A stretch of DNA of 64,000 bases from an uncultured Ruminococcus sp. (GCA_964430105.1 CAYSEF010000003.1:12317-76316); one strand, 5' to 3'; positions 8,317 to 18,879 are shown, counted from the stretch's first letter. Made by a program: numbers and translations. The notes: generated from the letters alone by a model not told the origin.

Positions 8317-11300
8317 TCATTTAGCTGAAAATGTCGAATATTTTTCTAATAGTTCAATTAAAAATTCCGTATTTCGCATATTTTTCTTTGTTTTCATAGT
8401 GATATACGGAGTTTGACCAAGCATTACCTTTACACCGAGAGTTGGGTAGGTTACAGCAAGGATCTGTATAGCCTTTGCATTGACATTTCCTGTATAAAGT
8501 CGTATGTTTCCGTCTCTTTCTTCAATTTTTGTGAATCCGCATCTGCGTCCCATAGCACGGATCCATGCTATTCTGCAAAGATTTACAGCGGATGAGTTAG
8601 GTTCGCCATAACGGTCGCAAAGCTCATCTATAATATCGTTATAGTCAGCTTCGTTTTCTACTCTTGCAATGCGTTTGTACATATCCATTCGCTGCGGAGC
8701 TGAGGCAATATACGATTTCGAAAGATAAGCATCACAGCGTATATCAACTGCACATTCGGGGAGAGGCTTTTTGATTTCCTCGCCTTTTTCTTCGATTACA
8801 GCTTCCTCGAGCAGTTTCATATAAAGGTCATATCCGACTGATTCAATATGTCCGTGCTGTTCAGAGCCAAGAAGATTTCCTGCACCTCTTATTTCAAGGT
8901 CACGCAGAGCAATTCGGAAGCCTGCACCAAATTCAGCGTATTCACGAATTGCGGAAAGACGTTTTTCAGCGATTTCAGATAGCTGTCTGCCTTTGCGATA
9001 TGTGAAATAAGCAAATGCACGAGTGCTTGAACGACCGACTCGACCTCGTATCTGATGCAGCTGTGATAATCCGTAGTTTTCTGCATTTTCAATGATGAGC
9101 GTGTTTGCGTTTGGAATATCGACACCTGTTTCAATAATCGTAGTACATACAAGAACATCTATCTCACCACGAATGAGTGAATCCCATACTTCCTCTATGG
9201 TATCACGATCCATTTTTCCGTGTGCTACAGCAACTCTTACATCCGGTATGGCTTTTTCAATGCGTTCAGCTACACCGTAAATTCCTTCGACTCGGTTGTA
9301 GAGATAGAATACCTGACCGCCACGTCTAAGTTCTCGACGTATTGCTTCATTTATGAGTGATTCATCGTATTCCATTACATATGTCTGAACAGGTGAGCGA
9401 AGTCCGGGTGCTTCTTCCAGTACACTCATGTCAACTATACCACCCATCGCCATGTTCAGTGTTCGTGGAATAGGTGTTGCTGTCAGAGTGAGAATATCGG
9501 CGTTTACTGCAATCTGCTTTAGCTTTTCCTTCTGTGCAACACCGAAGCGTTGTTCCTCATCAATTATGATAAGTCCAAGGTCATGGAACTGAACATCCTT
9601 TGAGATAAGTCTGTGTGTACCGATTATGATATCTACATCCCCCCGTGCTACCTTGCGAATAGATGCAGCCTGTTCTTTTGCTGAACGGAATCGGGATACC
9701 ATGTCGATATTCACGGGAAATGATCGCATACGGCTGAGGAAGGTCTGGAAATGCTGATATGCGAGTATTGTAGTTGGCACGAGAACAGCTACCTGCTTGC
9801 CACTCATAACAGCTTTGAACGCAGCACGGAGTGCAACCTCTGTCTTACCATATCCAACGTCACCGCATAGCAGTCTGTCCATTGGGTAGGGCTGTTCCAT
9901 ATCATTGCGTATATCGTCTATTGCTTGAAGCTGACCGTCGGTTTCTTCATATTCAAAGGAATTTGCAAATTCTCGACACATTTCGTCGTCAGCTTCAAAT
10001 TTTATGCCTTTTGTGCGTTTGCGTCGTGCATATAGCTCGATAAGCTCTTTTGCCATCTCTTTAGTCGATGCTTTTGCCTTTGATTTTGCACGATTCCAGT
10101 CAGCGCCACCCATTTTTGAAAGCTTAACCATTCCCGTGTCAGCACCTGCACCGATATATTTTGAAACAAGATCAAGCTGATCTACAGGCAGAAAAAGCTT
10201 GTCAGTGCCTGCGTATTTTATGTGTACATAATCTCGTGAAGAACCGTCTATCGTCAGGGTTTCAAGCCCCATGTACTGACCGATACCATAGGTTTCATGA
10301 ACTACGATATCGCCAACCTCAAGGTCAGCGTATGATAAAATAGCTTCTGTTGCAGTTTTCTTCTTTTTGGATTTTTTGAGGTAGCGACCGTGAGATGGTC
10401 GTGATGCTTCCTTTGAAAAATCCAAAAGAACAAATTTTGGAAATGCAAGCTCGTAGCCACCGGGAAATTCTCCGGTCATGAGAAGAACGACATTTTTTAT
10501 ATCCGGTGCGATATTATCATCGGAATCGGCTGAAAGTACAGTGTAACCGTCATCCATGAGTGCTTCTCTAAGTGAGTTTTTCTCAGCTTCGGCAGAGCAG
10601 ATTACAGCGCAAAGATAGTGCTCCTTTGTGAATCTTTCGATATCCTCACGGAAAAGAGCGATATTTCCTGCATAAGCCGGAACATGGCGTGTGTTGAATG
10701 TGAAAATATCACCCGATACAGAATTGTGCGTTCTTGCGAGTGCATCTATAAGAACCGTTGCACCATCCTGACGTGAGATTATTTCATCGAAATCACGCAT
10801 ATATATGCCGTTTTTTTGTGGTGGCAGTTCAAGAGATTCTATCATATCGGATATGCTTTGTTCAGTGAGAGCTGCACCTGCTTTTGAACGATCCTCGACA
10901 GTAGCAGAATCAACAATAACAAAAATACCGTGTGCATAATCAAGAAGGCAGCTTCCTTCGGGATAAAGGAGTGGCAGATATTTATCGGCAAAATTTATTT
11001 CAAAGCCATGCTCAAGTGAAGCAAGCTCACTGCTTAAAACCTCTGCTGCTCGATGGTGACGTTCATCAGCACCTTCTGTGCGTCCTATTCTGCGAATATG
11101 TCGTTTAACCGTATCTGTCAGCTCATCACGCTTTTCGGGAGTCAAAATCAGCTCACGCACAGGTGAAATAGTGACCTCGTCAGGTGCATCGCTTGAGAAT
11201 CGCTGAGTTTCGGGGGAGAAATAGCCCATTCTGTCAACTTCATCACCAAAAAGCTCGATTCTGAGAGGTTTGCTTGCATCAGGTGCAAAAATATCGACAA

Positions 11301-11871
11301 TACCACCACGTATTGCAAACTGACCGGGAGATTCTACAAGCTCAACACGTGCATATCCTGCTGAAGAAAGGCTTTCTGCCATTTTATCAGTGTCAAGTGG
11401 CTCATCGTATGATATGTGCAGAGAAAGCTCACGAAGTCTTTCGGGCGGAAGTGTTACTTGCAGAACAGCATCGGCAGTTGTACAGATAACTGTAGGCTTG
11501 TGCTCATCGTTCAGTATACCACTCAACGCTGAAAGCACACAAAGCCGTTCGCCTTCGTAATCGTGTGATGATATGATGTTCGAGAAGCAATATTCACGAG
11601 CAGGAAAATAAGCTGCTTTTATACCGATAGATAGCAAAAAATCTCGAAAAGAGGAGGCTTTTTTTTCTTCCGAAAAGATGAGTACGATAGGATCCTCTGA
11701 ATTTGCAAAATCCTCTGCAAGAGAGGTGAGAAATATCGTTTGCGAACCGTCTGTAAGTCCACTGACGGTATATGGCTTGCGTTTGCCAAAGGTTGGTGCG
11801 GTGAGCGTGGCTGTAAGAGCAGTATAATCTCGGTTTTGACGGAAGATATCACATAATATCGTGTAGTTCAT
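8317..11871 (-). CDS. mfd: transcription-repair coupling factor
   Basis: 1184 aa. It has a UvrB-homology N-terminus, the RNAP-interacting region (VVHETYGIGQYMGL), the helicase motifs GDVGYGKTEVA, DEEQRFG and TATPIPRT, and a TRCF C-terminal domain. The RBS is AGAGGTG. Confidence 0.97.
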   Translation of the reverse strand: MNYTILCDIFRQNRDYTALTATLTAPTFGKRKPYTVSGLTDGSQTIFLTSLAEDFANSEDPIVLIFSEEKKASSFRDFLLSIGIKAAYFPAREYCFSNIISSHDYEGERLCVLSALSGILNDEHKPTVICTTADAVLQVTLPPERLRELSLHISYDEPLDTDKMAESLSSAGYARVELVESPGQFAIRGGIVDIFAPDASKPLRIELFGDEVDRMGYFSPETQRFSSDAPDEVTISPVRELILTPEKRDELTDTVKRHIRRIGRTEGADERHHRAAEVLSSELASLEHGFEINFADKYLPLLYPEGSCLLDYAHGIFVIVDSATVEDRSKAGAALTEQSISDMIESLELPPQKNGIYMRDFDEIISRQDGATVLIDALARTHNSVSGDIFTFNTRHVPAYAGNIALFREDIERFTKEHYLCAVICSAEAEKNSLREALMDDGYTVLSADSDDNIAPDIKNVVLLMTGEFPGGYELAFPKFVLLDFSKEASRPSHGRYLKKSKKKKTATEAILSYADLEVGDIVVHETYGIGQYMGLETLTIDGSSRDYVHIKYAGTDKLFLPVDQLDLVSKYIGAGADTGMVKLSKMGGADWNRAKSKAKASTKEMAKELIELYARRKRTKGIKFEADDEMCREFANSFEYEETDGQLQAIDDIRNDMEQPYPMDRLLCGDVGYGKTEVALRAAFKAVMSGKQVAVLVPTTILAYQHFQTFLSRMRSFPVNIDMVSRFRSAKEQAASIRKVARGDVDIIIGTHRLISKDVQFHDLGLIIIDEEQRFGVAQKEKLKQIAVNADILTLTATPIPRTLNMAMGGIVDMSVLEEAPGLRSPVQTYVMEYDESLINEAIRRELRRGGQVFYLYNRVEGIYGVAERIEKAIPDVRVAVAHGKMDRDTIEEVWDSLIRGEIDVLVCTTIIETGVDIPNANTLIIENAENYGLSQLHQIRGRVGRSSTRAFAYFTYRKGRQLSEIAEKRLSAIREYAEFGAGFRIALRDLEIRGAGNLLGSEQHGHIESVGYDLYMKLLEEAVIEEKGEEIKKPLPECAVDIRCDAYLSKSYIASAPQRMDMYKRIARVENEADYNDIIDELCDRYGEPNSSAVNLCRIAWIRAMGRRCGFTKIEERDGNIRLYTGNVNAKAIQILAVTYPTLGVKVMLGQTPYITMKTKKNMRNTEFLIELLEKYSTFSAK

Positions 11872-11908
11872 ATGTCACCTCTTTCTGAAAATAAATTTTA
11901 CAGCTTAA

Positions 11909-12550
11909 TTAAAATTTTACACCGTTAAACTTGCCCATTGCATCGTCGTATTTTCCATCGAGCAGGAGCAGAACAGCTTCGTAGGTGCATTCAAAAATCT
12001 TAAACATGGCTTCACGATCTCCTTCGGGTATCTTTCCGAGTACCCAATCAGCCATGGGATATTCTCTGTTTGGTTTTTCTCCAACACCTATGCGTATTCT
12101 TGGAAATGCATCGGTTCCAAGGAGAGTTATAATGCTTCTGAGACCCTTTTGACCGCCATCTGAGCCTGATTTGCGTATTCTCATTCTGCCGGGAGCCTGT
12201 GCAACATCATCGGAGATAACGATAATATTCTCCGGTGGAATCTTGTAGAAATTAGCTGCTTCCTGTACAGATTCTCCTGAGGCGTTCATAAATGTCTGTG
12301 GTTTCATGAGAAGAACACGGTGTCCACCGAGTGTAGCTTGTGCTGTAAGAGCTTTGAATTTAAGCTGTTTCAGGTCACCGATTCCACATTTTTGTGTAAT
12401 AACATCCATTGCGAGAAAGCCGGCATTGTGTCGTGTGAGGTGGTATTCCTTGCCCGGATTTCCGAGTCCGACAACGATAAACTCAGGCGCACCGCCGTCA
12501 GATTTGTTAGTGTTTTCTATTTTTTTGAATAAGTCGAAAATATCAGACAT
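11909..12550 (-). CDS. pth: peptidyl-tRNA hydrolase
   Basis: Motifs are VVGLGNPGKEYHLTRHNAGF and MNASGESV. The tracked start at 12562 is a TTG that overlaps the GGAG RBS of the ATG at 12550 (MSDIFD...). An extended -10 TGATATAAT lies at complement 12571-12579. Confidence 0.92.
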   Translation of the reverse strand: MSDIFDLFKKIENTNKSDGGAPEFIVVGLGNPGKEYHLTRHNAGFLAMDVITQKCGIGDLKQLKFKALTAQATLGGHRVLLMKPQTFMNASGESVQEAANFYKIPPENIIVISDDVAQAPGRMRIRKSGSDGGQKGLRSIITLLGTDAFPRIRIGVGEKPNREYPMADWVLGKIPEGDREAMFKIFECTYEAVLLLLDGKYDDAMGKFNGVKF

Positions 12551-12760
12551 AGTGTACTCCAAATTTCCAGATTATATCATTTTGCAGTCACAGAAGCTCA
12601 TTGCGGATATGGAATTTTGCTCCTTTGCGTGACCGTACTATAAACTGCAAAAAGCCCGTTTTTAGGACGAGCGGGATTTGCAGTATATAAATTATTGTAG
12701 GCGTTAATTATACTATAATTTTGTGTTTATGTCAATGCATCTATGCGTGAGAAGAACGGA

Positions 12761-13462
12761 TCACATAAGGTTTACAGTTTCGCCTGCATCCATTTTAATT
12801 ATTTTGTCCTTGTATTCTCGTGCCATAGGGTCAAACTTCAAGTCCTCAACGATTTTTGAAGAACCAAAGAAATGCATAGGTATTGCGTTCTTGATACGGA
12901 AATGCTTCATGTAGTAGTCAAAGCCAAGATAAGAATACATTCCCTGACGAGTATCAAGTGGGAGAAAAGCCGTGTCTATCCAGAAATTTTTCAATCCCTT
13001 TGTATATTCACGGAAGCGGTTTGTCATTTCAAAAACTTCACCTTCACGCATACCCTCCCACAGCCACAGATTGAGGTCGCCTGCGTGGAAGATATTTCTG
13101 CCCATACATCCTGCAAGATAAGCAACACCGCAGTCGGTAGATGGAAGTACCTTTAGTCTGAATCGACTTTCAAGCTTTATATCCATTCCGGGTTTTGCGG
13201 TTATATAATCATGCACACCGCAGTCACGCATTATGTGATCGAAAATATCGTTTGCAATGACATATTTGACATTTGGATGCTCACGGTGGAGTGCAAAAAC
13301 ATCGGGATTAAAGTGATCCTCATGATGATGGCTGATAAAAATATATATTTTCTTTTTGTCAGGCAATCTTGGCAGCTTTCCTTCCGAAAAATCAAAAATC
13401 AGCATATGCGTCTCGGATTCAACGGTAAATCCGCTGTGTCCGGTGCAGTTTATAACGATCAT
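12761..13462 (-). CDS. MBL-fold metallo-hydrolase
   Basis: The HHHEDHF metal-binding motif is present along with later H/D ligands. The start is probably the ATG at 13462 (MIVINCTGHSGF); the tracked TTG at 13486 is also possible. Confidence 0.75.
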   Translation of the reverse strand: MIVINCTGHSGFTVESETHMLIFDFSEGKLPRLPDKKKIYIFISHHHEDHFNPDVFALHREHPNVKYVIANDIFDHIMRDCGVHDYITAKPGMDIKLESRFRLKVLPSTDCGVAYLAGCMGRNIFHAGDLNLWLWEGMREGEVFEMTNRFREYTKGLKNFWIDTAFLPLDTRQGMYSYLGFDYYMKHFRIKNAIPMHFFGSSKIVEDLKFDPMAREYKDKIIKMDAGETVNLM

Positions 13463-13631
13463 GTACCTGTATCCCTTCCGAATCAATTCGAGTATAATGA
13501 TATGTTATCATCATATCCTGCTTTTGTCAAGGATTATTTTGGACGGTATATTGTCAAAAAATTGCTTTACTCTTTACATTTTTCGAAAAATATGGTATCA
13601 TTGAGCTATCCATTAGAAAGGATAAGTTAAA

Positions 13632-14714
13632 ATGGCTTCAAATCTTCATGATATATTAAAAAAATTCGGAATTGAACTTGAACCGTCAGCTTATGGAAAC
13701 GGTCATATCAACGATACATATATAGTTCACGCAGAGGAGGATTATATTCTTCAGCGTATCAATAAAAATGTGTTCACAGATCCACCGACAGTAATGGAAA
13801 ATATTGTCGGAATAACGGAGTTTTTGCGTAAAAAAGTAACTGAATTAGGTGGCGACCCTGAAAGAGAGATTTTGAATCTTATTCCTACAGTAGACGGAAA
13901 GTATTACTATATGAGTGATGATGGCGAATACTACCGTGTCTATAAGTTTATCTCAGGTGCGAAATCATATGATACAGTTGACGATCCGAGCAGACTTTAT
14001 CATGCGGCAAAGGCATTCGGTAAATTCCAAAATCTTCTTGCGGATTATCCGGCGGACAAGCTGAATGAAACTATAGTTGATTTTCACAATACCAAAGCCA
14101 GATATGACCAGTTTAAGACAGCGGTGAAAAACGATGCTGTTGGTCGTGCTAAAAATGTCGGCGCAGAAATAAAATTTGTGCTTGATCGTGAACCCGATTC
14201 AGTCGTTGTTGTGGATGCAATAGAAAGCGGAAAAATACCGCTGAGAGTAACGCATAACGACACTAAGCTTAACAATGTGCTTCTCGATGATGTAACAGGC
14301 GAAGGCGTATGCGTTATCGACCTTGATACTGTTATGCCGGGATCGTTGCTTTATGATTACGGTGATGCACTCAGATTTGGTGGCTCAAGCGGTGCTGAGG
14401 ATGAAAAGGACCTTGATAAAATCTGGTTCAATGTTGAGAATTTTGAAGCATTCACGAGAGGCTTTATTGAAGAATTGCCATCTATGACAGAGGAAGAACG
14501 TAAGCTTCTGCCGTTTTCTATAAAGCTTATGGCTCTCGAATGTGGCTCAAGATTTTTAGCGGATTATCTGAACGGTGATACTTATTTCAAGACTGCGTAT
14601 CCCGAGCATAATCTCGATAGATGCAGAACACAGTTTAAGCTGGTTGCGGATATCGAAGCGAAAATGGATAAGCTGAACAGCATAGTTGAGCAGATATATA
14701 ACGAAGTAAAATAA
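13632..14714 (+). CDS. aminoglycoside-phosphotransferase-fold sugar kinase, N-acetylhexosamine 1-kinase (NahK)-like
   Basis: 360 aa. The catalytic loop is HNDTKLNNVLLD and the metal-binding motif is VIDLDTVMPG. The GNGHINDTY N-terminal motif also matches my recollection of the NahK/LnpB family. Confidence 0.65.
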   Translation: MASNLHDILKKFGIELEPSAYGNGHINDTYIVHAEEDYILQRINKNVFTDPPTVMENIVGITEFLRKKVTELGGDPEREILNLIPTVDGKYYYMSDDGEYYRVYKFISGAKSYDTVDDPSRLYHAAKAFGKFQNLLADYPADKLNETIVDFHNTKARYDQFKTAVKNDAVGRAKNVGAEIKFVLDREPDSVVVVDAIESGKIPLRVTHNDTKLNNVLLDDVTGEGVCVIDLDTVMPGSLLYDYGDALRFGGSSGAEDEKDLDKIWFNVENFEAFTRGFIEELPSMTEEERKLLPFSIKLMALECGSRFLADYLNGDTYFKTAYPEHNLDRCRTQFKLVADIEAKMDKLNSIVEQIYNEVK

Positions 14715-14726
14715 ATATACTTAAAA

Positions 14727-14768
14727 GAGGAGCCTGTCGGTAAAAATTCGGCACATCCTCTTTTTTTT
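14727..14768 (+). terminator. rho-independent terminator after the kinase gene
   Basis: A GAGGAGCC...GGCacaTCCTC stem is followed by T8 (14761-14768). Confidence 0.6.
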
Positions 14769-14910
14769 CGCAATATTGTTGAGAAATCGTAAATAATCTC
14801 TCGACCCTCTTGAATATGACAAAATTAGCTGTATAATATATAATGTAAGATTGTTTCTGTGTCGCATCTTACGTTTGCAAAATTTATCTGAAATGACACA
14901 GGAGGGTATA

Positions 14911-16002
14911 ATGAACTTTTTTGATAAAATGAAAAAGCGACTTCCGAATAAAGATAACAGCGTAATCGATGATATTTCCGATGAGCTTATGCTTGAATAC
15001 GGAGATTCAGATGACGATTTCAAAAGCGGTGAGTTTCTAAATTCGCTTGAACAGCTTTCGGAAGATGATATCGAAATGAACGAAACTGCGCTCAAGGCAG
15101 GAAAAATATCGCTCTCCGATGTTGTGCGAAAGATAATGGTGTGGTTCTTTCTTGCAATGTTCATCATAAGCTGTTGTATGCTTGCCGATAACTTCATCGA
15201 TAAACAGCGCAGTGCTGAGATATATAATCAGCTACAGAATGAATTCTTTTCGTCAGGCTTTGAGTTTGATGCTTCTGTAGTGTTCAGACCGGAAGAAGGC
15301 GATGTAAAATATCTTACTGCCGATTCTTCAAATTCCTCTACGCCAAGCATGACTGAGCTTATCAATACAATGCAGTCAGGCGACGAAAATGGAACGGTTC
15401 ATAAGAAATATAATAAAGAGCTTGAAAAAATGCGTGCGGGACTTGCTTCGCTTGCACAGATAAATCCCGATCTCTATGGTTGGATATCAGTAGACGGAAC
15501 AACTATAAATTATCCTATGGTACAGGGTGAGGATAACGATTACTACCTTGATCACGCTTATACAGGAGATTTTCTTCCCAATGGCTCGATTTTTGTCGAT
15601 TGCAGAAATGATACTGCTATAGATAAAAACCATAATACAGTTATATACGGACATAATATTACCTCAGGAGCAATGTTCCATGACGTTACAAAATTTTTTG
15701 ATGACAGATATTTTGATAGCGTCTATATCAATATTTATACCGATGATGGAATTTTTGTATACGAACCGTTTTCAGTTTACGAAACCAGATATGACTATAA
15801 CTATTTCAAAACAAACTTTAAGGATAGCGATGAGTTTATAGAATTTGCCGAGGAAGTAAGAGATAATTCTTCAATGAAATCAAAATCCGATATGACATTC
15901 ACGGGTGACGATAGAATACTAACTCTTTCGACCTGCACGAATGGCGCATATTACGCAAGATACGCACTTCACGCTAAGCTTGTCAAGGTTATTGTGGACT
16001 GA
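14911..16002 (+). CDS. srtB: class B sortase with acidic cytoplasmic N-terminal extension
   Basis: Motifs are TVIYGHNI, LTLSTC (catalytic Cys) and YARYALHAKL (Arg). A TM helix VWFFLAMFIISCCML follows about 85 acidic residues. The start ATG at 14911 is preceded by GGAGGG. Confidence 0.85.
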   Translation: MNFFDKMKKRLPNKDNSVIDDISDELMLEYGDSDDDFKSGEFLNSLEQLSEDDIEMNETALKAGKISLSDVVRKIMVWFFLAMFIISCCMLADNFIDKQRSAEIYNQLQNEFFSSGFEFDASVVFRPEEGDVKYLTADSSNSSTPSMTELINTMQSGDENGTVHKKYNKELEKMRAGLASLAQINPDLYGWISVDGTTINYPMVQGEDNDYYLDHAYTGDFLPNGSIFVDCRNDTAIDKNHNTVIYGHNITSGAMFHDVTKFFDDRYFDSVYINIYTDDGIFVYEPFSVYETRYDYNYFKTNFKDSDEFIEFAEEVRDNSSMKSKSDMTFTGDDRILTLSTCTNGAYYARYALHAKLVKVIVD

Positions 16003-16054
16003 ATAGCCTTTGACGCTGCTTATAAATGATAAAAATTTAGATCAAGGAATCATA

Positions 16055-16939
16055 ATGTCAATATTTAATTATATCAACTGTCCCGTATGTGGGAAAAATC
16101 TGCACCGCAATGAAAGGTCGTTGCTCTGCGAAAGCGGTCATACATTTGATGTTGCAAAATCGGGTTATGTCAATCTTCTGCCACCCGGAAAAGAAAAAAA
16201 TGCTCGTACAGGCGACGAAAAAAATATGGTACGCGCACGAGTTGATTTTCTTTCAAAAAATTACTATGCAAAAATCAGTGATTCTGTCGCAGAAACTCTG
16301 GCAAATGAGCTTGAAGCTCACGATGACACTGTCGTTTTTGCAGATATGGGCTGTGGTGAGGGCTATCATACCTGTCGTATTGTCGAGAAGCTTGGCAGAC
16401 CTGCGATAGCACTTGGCTTTGATGCTTCAAAATATGCCGCTGAATGTGCCTCAAAGCTTGCTCGATCAAAGGGATTTCTTCCAAAAGATGGAGTTGGCGC
16501 TGATTTCGTGTCAACTGCACAGGCGTATTTCTTCCCCGCAAATCTCTTTCATCTTCCGCTTAAAGAGCATTGCCTCGACGCAGCCGTAAGTATGTTTGCG
16601 CCTATTGCGGGTGAAGAAACACATAGAATACTCAAAAAAGGCGGTATACTTTGTATTGTTTCATCCGGGAGAGATCACCTTTTGGAGCTTCGTAAGCTTA
16701 TTTATGATGATGTGCATATTTCGGATTCTTTACCGACTGCTCCTGATGGATTTATCGAAAGATCACGCACAAGCTGTAAATATAACGTGCAGATAGAGAG
16801 TAGGGATGATATAGAAGCCCTGTTCGTAATGACACCGTTTTACTATAAAACCACGGAGGAGGGCAGAAATCGCCTTCTGTCAAAAGATTCGCTTAATATC
16901 ACCGTGGATGTTAATATTTCTGTTTTTGAGGCAAAATAA
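16055..16939 (+). CDS. RlmA-type 23S rRNA (guanine-N1)-methyltransferase-like SAM methyltransferase
   Basis: The N-terminal Zn finger CPVCGKNL...LLCESGHTFDVAKSGYVNLL matches RlmA/RrmA, and the SAM motif is ADMGCGEGYH. The start ATG at 16055 is MSIFNY. Confidence 0.75.
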   Translation: MSIFNYINCPVCGKNLHRNERSLLCESGHTFDVAKSGYVNLLPPGKEKNARTGDEKNMVRARVDFLSKNYYAKISDSVAETLANELEAHDDTVVFADMGCGEGYHTCRIVEKLGRPAIALGFDASKYAAECASKLARSKGFLPKDGVGADFVSTAQAYFFPANLFHLPLKEHCLDAAVSMFAPIAGEETHRILKKGGILCIVSSGRDHLLELRKLIYDDVHISDSLPTAPDGFIERSRTSCKYNVQIESRDDIEALFVMTPFYYKTTEEGRNRLLSKDSLNITVDVNISVFEAK

Positions 16940-16940
16940 A

Positions 16941-17675
16941 ATGCTTTCTATAATAATACCAATGTATAACGAAAAAGCCATAATTTCATCCACTTTGCAC
17001 CAGCTTACAGATGCGATGGAAAAAATTACAGCTGATTCGTTTGAATATGAAATAATTCTTTCTGATGATGGTTCAACTGACGGTTGTGGTGATGTAGCTG
17101 AGGCCACTGTGGCTTCTCTTTCCCTGAATAAAGGTACAGTGCGTGTAGTTCGTGCTAAGAAAAATGCGGGTAAAGGCGCAGCTGTACGTCAGGGTGTGCT
17201 TGCTTCTGTGGGAGATATTGTACTTTTCACTGACAGCGATCTTGCCTATGGCTGTGATATCATAGCTGAAATGTACGATTCAATCACCAACTCTAAAGCA
17301 GATCTTCTCATAGGCTCAAGAGCTATTCATCCCGATGGTTATGCAGGCTATACACCGTTGCGTAAACTCGCTTCCAAAACATTTGTAAAGCTTCTTGCAT
17401 TAAGTGCAGGCTTCAAACATAGCGATTCGCAGAGTGGTATAAAAGCGTTCGGTGGCGATGTTGCTCGCAATATTTTCAAGAACTGTGAAGTGAACGGTTG
17501 GGCATTCGATTTTGAAGTTTTGCTTATAGCAGGCAAAATGGGATGTAAAATCGATGAATATCCTGTTAAAGTGATAAATCACAGAGAATCAAAGATAAGA
17601 TTGCTGTCTGACAGCTTCAAAATGATGGCAGATGTGAGAAGAATAAAAAATAGAGTCAAGAATATGAAGCTTTGA
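16941..17675 (+). CDS. family 2 glycosyltransferase (dolichyl/polyprenyl-phosphate hexosyltransferase-like)
   Basis: SIIIPMYNE, DDGSTDG and FTDSDL (DXD) are GT2 hallmarks. The ATG lies 1 nt after the upstream stop, which suggests translational coupling. Confidence 0.8.
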   Translation: MLSIIIPMYNEKAIISSTLHQLTDAMEKITADSFEYEIILSDDGSTDGCGDVAEATVASLSLNKGTVRVVRAKKNAGKGAAVRQGVLASVGDIVLFTDSDLAYGCDIIAEMYDSITNSKADLLIGSRAIHPDGYAGYTPLRKLASKTFVKLLALSAGFKHSDSQSGIKAFGGDVARNIFKNCEVNGWAFDFEVLLIAGKMGCKIDEYPVKVINHRESKIRLLSDSFKMMADVRRIKNRVKNMKL

Positions 17676-17709
17676 TTTTACGGTATCAATATGCCTTCGC
17701 TTCTGAGAA

Positions 17710-18564
17710 TTACGGTGCATAAAAATTGTGATCTCCAATCGATAGTACATAACGGCAGTTTTCTACTATCCAAAAATTCGTGGCGATAGCTTCGTTTAGA
17801 AAATACAGTATTTCATCGGAAAGTCGTGTGTCTTCCAGACATATTTTAGCTGCCTTGATCGAATCATCACCGGCAGGCTTTTCGATTGCACCGTTTGCAG
17901 TGGGTGTGAACTGAACTCCGTTTTTGTTGTCGAAGATAACATCGTATATCGTGTCAGGAAAATCATCTGAATCGACACGGTTCAAAATTACAGTGCCGAC
18001 TGCGAGCTTTCCGAGAAATGGCTCTCCCTGTGACTCTGCGTGAATTATCTGAGATAGCCAGTATAGGTCATCCTCATCGTAAAAATCATCCGCTGAGATT
18101 ATTGAACCTCTCTTGCGTGTCAGCGTTGTGGAATGGCTTGCTGAGTCATAGCTGCTGTCAAAACCAAATGCCTGAGCCGCTTGTCTTAACGGAACATACA
18201 GTACACCGTCACGAGTGAATACTCCTTCCTTGCACCAAAGTATTCTTCCGTTTGCTTCGATGTAGTCGTTACCATCTGTCGCATACAATGTCAGTGAATC
18301 TGTTGTTACAGTTGATGTCATACTTTCATCATCCCAGCTGACTACGGAATTGTCAACGGTGCAGGCAAATTCACGAAGCGAGATGTAAGCAATGTCTGAC
18401 TCGATAAATGATGTGCCGTCATATTTTTGACCGTCGAGTATTATGCTGTAGTTGTCGCTTGCTGAAATCGGTGTACCAACAGTCAGGGTTATTAAAGCAA
18501 AAAGTACCGCAATGCTCATTGTAATGCTTTTTTGAATAACGTGATTTCGTATGTGTTCTTTCAT
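17710..18564 (-). CDS. SleB-family cell wall hydrolase with N-terminal copper-amine-oxidase-like (stalk) domain
   Basis: The C-terminus LSQIIHAESQGEPFLGKLAVGTVILNRV...PDTIYDVIF...QFTP matches Hydrolase_2/SleB. A signal peptide is present. The start is set at the ATG at 18564 (MKEHIRN), preceded by GGAGGAAGG; the tracked 5' extension has no support. Confidence 0.8.
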   Translation of the reverse strand: MKEHIRNHVIQKSITMSIAVLFALITLTVGTPISASDNYSIILDGQKYDGTSFIESDIAYISLREFACTVDNSVVSWDDESMTSTVTTDSLTLYATDGNDYIEANGRILWCKEGVFTRDGVLYVPLRQAAQAFGFDSSYDSASHSTTLTRKRGSIISADDFYDEDDLYWLSQIIHAESQGEPFLGKLAVGTVILNRVDSDDFPDTIYDVIFDNKNGVQFTPTANGAIEKPAGDDSIKAAKICLEDTRLSDEILYFLNEAIATNFWIVENCRYVLSIGDHNFYAP

Positions 18565-18879
18565 CCTTCCTCCTTTTCCGGCAGAGCTTATGCTACTTGC
18601 CAAACATGGGTCGTTTTTACCCGCATTACCATTATAGCATAGTTTCCCCTTAATATTAACAGGTAATGATTGGGAAATGATAGGTGAGGATTTCACAGAA
18701 AGGTACAGTATTTGAAAAAAACAGCACTTCCGTTTACAAATTTTCATTATTATATAGCACAAATAGCGGTTTGGAGAACAGCAGGCACATATTACCTCGA
18801 ATGTTAACATTAAGCATTTGAAATAATGCGAAAAATCGGATATAATTATAGAATATCACAGCTTATTTTGGAGTATTGA

